Made by a program: the position numbers and the translations under genes
In this document: one piece after another, positions 57,258-64,000 of the stretch
How the letters are laid out: every line of letters begins with the position of its first letter
Numbering within the stretch: position 1 is the stretch's first letter
The notes under the pieces: model-generated
Database searches by the model: none
What the model was told of the DNA's origin: nothing
Seen by the model: only the letters and a program-made list of their open reading frames with translations
IMG/VR virus record: IMGVR_UViG_3300025326_000022
Length of the DNA: 64,000 nucleotides
DNA from: an uncultured virus (IMG/VR IMGVR_UViG_3300025326_000022)
Taxonomy: Duplodnaviria > Heunggongvirae > Uroviricota > Caudoviricetes
Strand: one strand, 5' to 3'

Positions 57258-60200
57258 AGTTCAAACTGCCGGAATCCATCACACCCACCATGGACTCCAT
57301 GCGGTACACCTTGAGCTTCGTGCCTATCGCGAACCCCGGGTACGGAGAATCGAAGATGCTCATGTTGGATATCCGAACTAAGTACTCTACCGTCGTTGAA
57401 CTGACGTAGAACGTCACCGGGATGACTACACCGTCAAACGGTTCACTTACAGGACCGCTCGTCCCTACACCCCATTCTGTCTCACCGACGATACGCTCGC
57501 TATCATCGAGTACCTGCACTTCGAAGACACCGGGGTTATTAATTATGTTGGGTGTGCTCGTATCGAGGTACAGCAGCAAAAGATACATTCCGGTACTGGG
57601 TAAAGTGTTGTCCGGTATCTTGAAAGTCCCGACTAAATCCGAAAATATAAATGTGGCGACAGCGCTGGAAGCTATAGCAGAAGCTAGTGTGACCTCGTGG
57701 ACTTTACGGAATTCGTCCCCGGTCAGTACCGAGGTATGAAAGTTAGCCCCGCTGGCATTCGTTACCTGTTTATTTAGTGGAATACCGAACCGGTTTCCAA
57801 CGACGACAGCGGCGGGCTGACTGTCGGTATCTTCCACCTGAACACCGCGGTCAAAAGATCCGTCGCCAACATTGTTCCTCACCTGAATCATATCGTTGTA
57901 ATTCGCAAGGCGTATAGCCTTGAACGTCGAGTCAAGTCCAATAAAACTGTTTTCGATGATCCTGTTACGTCGGGACACAAAGGAAGCAGTTCCCGTGAGT
58001 TCAACACAAGAACTAAACCCAGTGTATAGTCCTGTGTTGTCGTTGGGACCGTCAAACACGTTGCCACGGATGTCGCAATCAGAGCATTCAACAAGTAAAA
58101 CATGCTGCAGCCTCGGGGAAGTAAATGTGCTGTCCTTGATGGACACCGTCGAGAGCTCCGCACGGATAAGCGTATCCCCAGAAAAAGATCCCCAATAATC
58201 AGAGCTATCTAAAGTCGTATCGGGACGGAACGTACACCCACTGACTACTGCTGACTCGACAGAAACCAACTCTATAGCCTTCGATTTGACCACACCGGTA
58301 AACTCGCAATCCCGTACGGAAGCGTAAGCCGGAAAGCCGGAGCCAATACATTTAATGACGGCCTCACCAAAACCTTGGGGGAGCGCCACCAAGCTTCCGG
58401 GGTACACGTCGTATCGGAATTGGCAGTTGCTGATTTTTAACACTACCCCAACGAATCCGTAGTAACCGGCATCGGCCTGGCAACCCCATGCCGACACAAA
58501 GGAACCTGCGACAAGCCCTGGAGCCCACCGGTCAACAATCATGCCTGGACTATAGAGTGACTCCAACCCGTTGCTACCAAAGGTACACGATTGCAACTGC
58601 AGGTTAGTTGCAATTATCACGTATTTATTTGAAGTGGCGGACTCCGCCCAACTGCAGCTTCGGAACTGACAACCCCGGATACGTGTGGGCGGCGTCAGGG
58701 TACCGGAAATAAGACCGTCCGAAGCTGCTCCAGAGTACAGCGCGGCCTCTGTACACCATCTAAACGCGGTGTCGCTAAATTCAGCATCACTAAGTTTGGT
58801 ATTGAATCCATACTTGACCTTCTCAACAGCACATCTGCGGACGGCGATTTTATGAGGAGCACCGCCGTAGTTCGATGCCGAAAGGTCAAAAGCTGAATGC
58901 GTAGCCGTCGCCTGCAGCAGACCCGCGTCGACAATGGAGAACGGAAGCGTTCCCACCGTGGGAAATGAAAGTGGACCCCCGGGGTAAAGCTTGGTGGCGT
59001 CGGCTACACCCGGGGAAGTGACTACAACGTACCCCACACCTCCGCCTAGAATAGTAAACTCTCCATTCAGTGCCCTCACGGATCCCGACCCCGAGGAGAC
59101 AACCAATCTCTTACCAGCATAAAGGGAACCGTTGCTGATTTGCGGTGACATGAACGTGTTCGCCACCGACCACGACCCTGAACCAGTGGCATAAACCGTA
59201 TTGGCACTTTCAACCACACTTGCCCCTTCTATCGTCAGGTCCTCGAACTCCACAACGAGGGGTCCACTCGACGTGTTTTCGTTCACGAATATCGACCCGT
59301 TGTTGGGTATGGAATGGGTGGAGTTAACAACAATTTTGGTAGACCCGCGGCCCTGCCCGATGAATTTTATGTGGCGGCACGGTATCTGCCCAGAGACGCC
59401 GATCTTGATGACGTCAGTGATGTTGTACGTCCCCTCTAGAAGTACAATAGACCCTCCCTTTGGATTCGTTGGACCGCCGGGTGATTCCGCTTCTAAATCA
59501 CGGAGGGCGGTATTGATTGCATTCTGGGCAGAACTCGTGGCGACGTAGTCCGCCCGACCGATATTGACGGAATCGGGAGCCGCTATTACGAATGTCGCCG
59601 GCACGGAGACGTCACTTACTGCCGCCACGGTCTCCGGTATACCGGGTAAGTCATTTTTCGTGAACTGGATCGAACCCCCGTAATCCATCCAGAAGATAGG
59701 CCTCCAGGTACCCGTTGCACCCCCTGGGGTACCGGTCACGGGGACAGATCGACCCGCAATACTGTCGGACGCACTCTTGAGGGCATAGATGGCAAACAAA
59801 AAATTCGGGCTCAGGAGAGCCATCGCGTAGGCGTTGCTCCCAAATCGAGTGTCCAAGGTACTTTTCCCTACCCACACGGGTCCCGTGTCGTTGTAGTCGA
59901 CGTTGTGAGTAAAGACCAGGGAGAAGGAGTCGGACGAACCAGGGGCATTCGGTCTCGGGAGACTCACATCTTGCCACTGGCGGAAGAACGACATGAACTT
60001 GAACAATGGAATCGCCCCGATGACCGCGGATGAACCGGGGGATCCCTGGACAATCGTCCCACTGGTCGTGATGGCAAAGACCATGCGCCACGTCTGGGTC
60101 CCGGGGGTCCCGGTGGCCGCGATGTAACCGGGCGCTGCCCTCAGGGTCGTGGTCTCGCCTGCGGTCAGCCGATAGAGTGCAAACAAATGACCCTCTCCCC

Positions 60201-63200
60201 CAACGGCCAAGGCCAAGGCTTCGGTAAAGGTGGTGTGGATATTGGTGTTTATACCCCAGCGCAGATTCGCACTATCGTAATTCACATTGTTGGTCAGGGC
60301 CCAACGATAAAATTCAGTTGTCGCACCTGTCGATGCGTTTGGAAACTTGACCGTAGACCATTCTTTGAACGACAGCAAAGGTGACGAATCGGAATCAAAA
60401 TGACGGGCAGCCACATCAGACCCAATGCCACGCTGAAGAATCGTCCCAACGGTCTCAAGGGCCGCTCGAATGATCCCACCGTTTGAGGCCAGAAACCGGC
60501 CAACCCCGTTGCCCGTGGTATCGAAAGTAAACCGTACAGACGTGCTCAAAGAACCAGTGGTGGTACGCTCACCCGATGCCACAACGGCAAATCTCGCTGT
60601 CGTCGATGGAGGCGAATCCCCAGCGTTGGATGCCAAGGTCAGGATGAAGGCGAAGGCTGCCTTCGATGTATCCTTCTTAGACCAAAAAGCGTTGTCCCAA
60701 CTATTCGACCGACCTGTCTGCCCTGTGTCGGACTGCAGGTTGACCGACAAGACAACCGCGTCGGTAAACTGTTCCAGCACGATCCCGGGCTTGCCACTCG
60801 CGCCCCCGACCGACGCCACCACGGTCTTGAGGAACGCCAGCAACGGGCTGTTCATACCAGACAGCAGAGACAGTGCCCAACTTGGCAGCAGGCTCAAGAG
60901 TCCGGCGCCCCCCGTGGTGATCGAGGACACGAGCGATTGTGCCGTGGCATCGCCCCCACGGGATCCATATACCTCCAGCACCTCGCTCCCGACACCAAGG
61001 ACCAATGTGGTGGAGGCCTGGGCGTTGATCTCCTTCGTGATGACGTTGGCGCCAATTAGCAAGCCCCCGGCTTCTGTAAACGATTTTACGTTCTGGGTGA
61101 TAAGGATCTTGTGACCAGCCTTCCACACCCTAAAGCTGCCGTAGGTAACACCATCGCCGTACTTTAGAATCTCTTTGCCATCGGCCAGTGGTAACGACGT
61201 ACCGGAGGGTTCCTCTGATCGGTAACGGGCGCCGTCGGGCAACACAATGCCCCCGCCGTCCGACGTGATGTTTCCGACTTGGAATATACGCGATGACGTA
61301 GTTTTCGTCACGGCGCACCCGGGGTTCGACAACGAGTTGGTCAGCCGGCAATTTGCCACGATCCCGAAGGTACAGTTTAGTAAATGTATCGACCCCTTGT
61401 CCCTGGCTTCCGCAGCCTCGATGGTGAAATGGTTGCAACTCTCCAACCGAATCAATCGGTCCGGATTTGCTGACGACATCTCCCCAGGGGCCGCGCTGAT
61501 GTGCCCGATGTACAGATTGTTCACATTGACAAAGCTAAATACCCCGTGAGTTCCAGGGGACGTCACCGGTTCCGAAGAGAAATGAACCACCTGGCACCCA
61601 CGGATAGCAATCTTGCTATTTACACCAGTATCAGTATTTAGCATCACTCGGTTGCCCACGAATCCGCAGGACTGGAACACCGCGCTCGTGACCGCGGTCC
61701 GGAGGGTCACGCCGTAATGATCCTTCTGACTCGGGGATGCGTTGCCTACGGACTCGATGTTACACTCCGACACGATCAACCCGTCGGTATACATTACGTC
61801 AAGCGTCCCCTGGGTTAACCCGGAGGCGAATCCCTGGACCGTCGCGATGGTGCAGGCGTGGAACACGACCCCGGAGCACTTGCGCCCAGCGTAACCATCC
61901 AGCGTGATGGCCGGGACATTACCCGACGCAAGGGTATAGAACTCCGAATCCGTTGAAGTGAACCGTTGGACTCCACGGGCATAAAGATTGAACACACTGC
62001 TGTCCGAAAGCGTCAGGGTGTTGCTCCAGTAAAGCTTCACGACCCCGCGGATCCGTTGGATCGCAACCCTAGTGGCTGCCGCAATCCTGATGGCCTTGGT
62101 CACGGGGGAGACGAACTCGCCCGATAACCTGCAGTCCGACACCACAAGGTCTGAAATCCGCGTGACCGTGGGGTTGACCATCAGGCTCGAATACGACACG
62201 TTGACCGCCACGGGGTCACTATCGGAGGTGGCATCGAAGTCACAGTTGGTAATCCTGACGCCCGACAGCTTGGCCGACGTGATGAAGGCACTGGAGATGT
62301 CGGGTGTCCCGATCCGCACCCTTGTGAATCCAGCAAATTCGCAATTGTGGATCGACACATCGGTATAGTCATCAGTCCCATCAAGTGGCCTCGTGGCTGG
62401 CCCAGCCAACTGCTGGGGCGCCGAGATCCACACGGCATTCTCGAGGTCTAGGAAGGGGGACGCATCGGCCGCCGCGGGGGCGTCGGAATCGAAACGAATA
62501 TCCTGAACCCCAAGGTTCGAACCATTGAGCTTCAGGCAGAACCCCCGGGCAACCGAGGGTGAGTGTCGCAGCTTGATCGTCACGGACCCCAGGGCCTCGG
62601 CCCTCAGGACCACGTTGTCCCGATTGATCCGGATGTGGTTGTCGACGAAGTTGGTCACCAGGCTGCTGAGATCTCCGTAAACCCCCGGCTTGAACGAGAT
62701 GACGCCCCCGTCCACCGGCAGCAGGGCCGCGACCGCGGCCTCGATGGTTGCGTTGACCGTCGGGTAATCCGAGACATTGAACTGACCGAATGAGTTCGTT
62801 ACCCCTAACCCCACGGTAATGATAGAAATTTCTCGTAACCGGTTTTCCAACCCGATGAGCGATCGTTCTGGCGGGACCGTCGAGCTCACGGGCTCGCCCA
62901 TCACCTCGGCCAGCTTGGCCCCCAGGAACCCGGCGTCACCGAAGCTGCCGCTCGCGGCCCGGAGGCTGTCGGGTGATAACTCCCCGAATTTCGCATAGCT
63001 CCCGAATCCAAAATCGATCTGTGGATTAGCCACGGGCCCCGGGAGCCCAACGATATCCACGTTGGTAATCAAGCGGAACTTGTTGGTAGCACCTTCGAAC
63101 CCGCTGGGGTGCAGGGGGTTGATATACGACGATCCGGCGCCCCCAAGAGAATCCCCAATGAACGATCCGATGTGTGAAGCGTTCTCCTGGCATTGGCTCT

Positions 63201-64000
63201 CGGCCAACCAGGCCTTGATGATCCGCTGGGATGTCGCGACCCCCGCTTCCTTGACGATGAAGGCGAGGAACTGGCCACCCACCAGGCCCTCCACCAGGGT
63301 GTAGCTCTCGGGGAAAATCGAGGCCCTGTAGGCGAAGATCTTGTTGGTACCCGAGGGGCTGTTCGACGCAATCAAATGGGACTGCCGGAGTTCAATGTTC
63401 TCCGCAATCTTGACGAACGACCCCGCGGCCCCCGAGGGAGAATTCGAGGTGTAGATATCGACCGTGTGGTTGGGCACCGGGGTGTCGCTCGGCTGGACTA
63501 TCCAGACCTCCAGGTCGGTCACGACGTAATCGCCACCACCGGTGTGATGGATCATGGCACCGGCCGCGTGGGCCCCGCTGAAGAAGATGCGCTCTATATT
63601 CGCAGAGGTGGTTATGACACTCTGGAATACTACCTTGTAGTACGAGTGGATACCGCTCGAAAAGCCGTCTGGTTCAACACGAAGCAATACTTTTGGGCCT
63701 AAGGATTCAACCACCTGCAGATCTTTAGGACCTCCATACGGTATCCAACTGGATGGTCCAGGATCCCCACTATCTGAGTAGTATACTTTTACGGCATTGA
63801 CTAGAGACGAAGGAACCGCGTCCATCACGAACCGAAGATCTTCAATATTTACACTCGACGGCACCGCGTTAAACAAAGGCCTGATCACCACTTGAAGACG
63901 CTCTGTTCCATCGCTAGGGTTTATCAACCCGCCACCGGTCAAAATTATTTCATCATTCAGCGGTTGTACGAAACTCGCTTGCCCATCCATATCGTTAGCT
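57256..64000 (-). CDS. giant tail fibre/tailspike with right-handed beta-helix domains (5' end probably outside window)
   Basis: >2240 aa, S/G/T/V-rich; two pectate-lyase-like starts (IEAAVAAL..GGVISFKPGVY; INTAL..GGSIVLLEGTY) each followed by (I/V)xxC(x)F repeats. Confidence 0.75.
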   Translation of the reverse strand, partial: ANDMDGQASFVQPLNDEIILTGGGLINPSDGTERLQVVIRPLFNAVPSSVNIEDLRFVMDAVPSSLVNAVKVYYSDSGDPGPSSWIPYGGPKDLQVVESLGPKVLLRVEPDGFSSGIHSYYKVVFQSVITTSANIERIFFSGAHAAGAMIHHTGGGDYVVTDLEVWIVQPSDTPVPNHTVDIYTSNSPSGAAGSFVKIAENIELRQSHLIASNSPSGTNKIFAYRASIFPESYTLVEGLVGGQFLAFIVKEAGVATSQRIIKAWLAESQCQENASHIGSFIGDSLGGAGSSYINPLHPSGFEGATNKFRLITNVDIVGLPGPVANPQIDFGFGSYAKFGELSPDSLRAASGSFGDAGFLGAKLAEVMGEPVSSTVPPERSLIGLENRLREISIITVGLGVTNSFGQFNVSDYPTVNATIEAAVAALLPVDGGVISFKPGVYGDLSSLVTNFVDNHIRINRDNVVLRAEALGSVTIKLRHSPSVARGFCLKLNGSNLGVQDIRFDSDAPAAADASPFLDLENAVWISAPQQLAGPATRPLDGTDDYTDVSIHNCEFAGFTRVRIGTPDISSAFITSAKLSGVRITNCDFDATSDSDPVAVNVSYSSLMVNPTVTRISDLVVSDCRLSGEFVSPVTKAIRIAAATRVAIQRIRGVVKLYWSNTLTLSDSSVFNLYARGVQRFTSTDSEFYTLASGNVPAITLDGYAGRKCSGVVFHACTIATVQGFASGLTQGTLDVMYTDGLIVSECNIESVGNASPSQKDHYGVTLRTAVTSAVFQSCGFVGNRVMLNTDTGVNSKIAIRGCQVVHFSSEPVTSPGTHGVFSFVNVNNLYIGHISAAPGEMSSANPDRLIRLESCNHFTIEAAEARDKGSIHLLNCTFGIVANCRLTNSLSNPGCAVTKTTSSRIFQVGNITSDGGGIVLPDGARYRSEEPSGTSLPLADGKEILKYGDGVTYGSFRVWKAGHKILITQNVKSFTEAGGLLIGANVITKEINAQASTTLVLGVGSEVLEVYGSRGGDATAQSLVSSITTGGAGLLSLLPSWALSLLSGMNSPLLAFLKTVVASVGGASGKPGIVLEQFTDAVVLSVNLQSDTGQTGRSNSWDNAFWSKKDTSKAAFAFILTLASNAGDSPPSTTARFAVVASGERTTTGSLSTSVRFTFDTTGNGVGRFLASNGGIIRAALETVGTILQRGIGSDVAARHFDSDSSPLLSFKEWSTVKFPNASTGATTEFYRWALTNNVNYDSANLRWGINTNIHTTFTEALALAVGGEGHLFALYRLTAGETTTLRAAPGYIAATGTPGTQTWRMVFAITTSGTIVQGSPGSSAVIGAIPLFKFMSFFRQWQDVSLPRPNAPGSSDSFSLVFTHNVDYNDTGPVWVGKSTLDTRFGSNAYAMALLSPNFLFAIYALKSASDSIAGRSVPVTGTPGGATGTWRPIFWMDYGGSIQFTKNDLPGIPETVAAVSDVSVPATFVIAAPDSVNIGRADYVATSSAQNAINTALRDLEAESPGGPTNPKGGSIVLLEGTYNITDVIKIGVSGQIPCRHIKFIGQGRGSTKIVVNSTHSIPNNGSIFVNENTSSGPLVVEFEDLTIEGASVVESANTVYATGSGSWSVANTFMSPQISNGSLYAGKRLVVSSGSGSVRALNGEFTILGGGVGYVVVTSPGVADATKLYPGGPLSFPTVGTLPFSIVDAGLLQATATHSAFDLSASNYGGAPHKIAVRRCAVEKVKYGFNTKLSDAEFSDTAFRWCTEAALYSGAASDGLISGTLTPPTRIRGCQFRSCSWAESATSNKYVIIATNLQLQSCTFGSNGLESLYSPGMIVDRWAPGLVAGSFVSAWGCQADAGYYGFVGVVLKISNCQFRYDVYPGSLVALPQGFGEAVIKCIGSGFPAYASVRDCEFTGVVKSKAIELVSVESAVVSGCTFRPDTTLDSSDYWGSFSGDTLIRAELSTVSIKDSTFTSPRLQHVLLVECSDCDIRGNVFDGPNDNTGLYTGFSSCVELTGTASFVSRRNRIIENSFIGLDSTFKAIRLANYNDMIQVRNNVGDGSFDRGVQVEDTDSQPAAVVVGNRFGIPLNKQVTNASGANFHTSVLTGDEFRKVHEVTLASAIASSAVATFIFSDLVGTFKIPDNTLPSTGMYLLLLYLDTSTPNIINNPGVFEVQVLDDSERIVGETEWGVGTSGPVSEPFDGVVIPVTFYVSSTTVEYLVRISNMSIFDSPYPGFAIGTKLKVYRMESMVGVMDSGSLN

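Noticed and set aside
1..64000. Stop-codon reassignment, tRNA or rRNA genes
   Set aside because: Genes are intact and densely packed under the standard code with all three stops used; no cloverleaf or rRNA seen by eye (tRNAscan not run).

Overview
This 64-kb window is part of a large GC-rich tailed phage genome (contractile-tail myovirus type); no cellular housekeeping genes, rRNA, tRNA or CRISPR arrays are evident. 0.1-6.5 kb holds small accessory/regulatory genes (DUF932-like, pentapeptide repeat, RHH-like). 6.5-41.5 kb (minus strand) is the virion module: portal, a 2944-aa single-chain beta-beta' RNA polymerase with two inteins, baseplate spike, terminase, prohead protease, scaffold, capsid, neck, sheath, tube and a frameshifted tail chaperone, with an iteron-bearing initiator-like gene and an HNH gene embedded. 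41.5-57.2 kb (plus strand) is the replication/recombination module: SF2 helicase, UDG-like, DnaB, primase, PolA with intein, HU-like, RecA, resolvase, Cas4-like nuclease. 57.3-64 kb is a 5'-truncated giant tail fibre/spike. The most notable signals form a candidate self-contained transcription system: the fused RNAP with a GADFDGD motif interrupted by an intein lacking canonical catalytic residues, three distinct promoter-like motif classes read directly from the sequence, and a kink-turn leader RNA before the capsid genes. Also seen: a K-x-A motif enriched in head proteins, a nested overlapping gene and a perfect 26-bp inverted repeat at the window edge. All functional calls are from motif recognition by eye; no database search was run.
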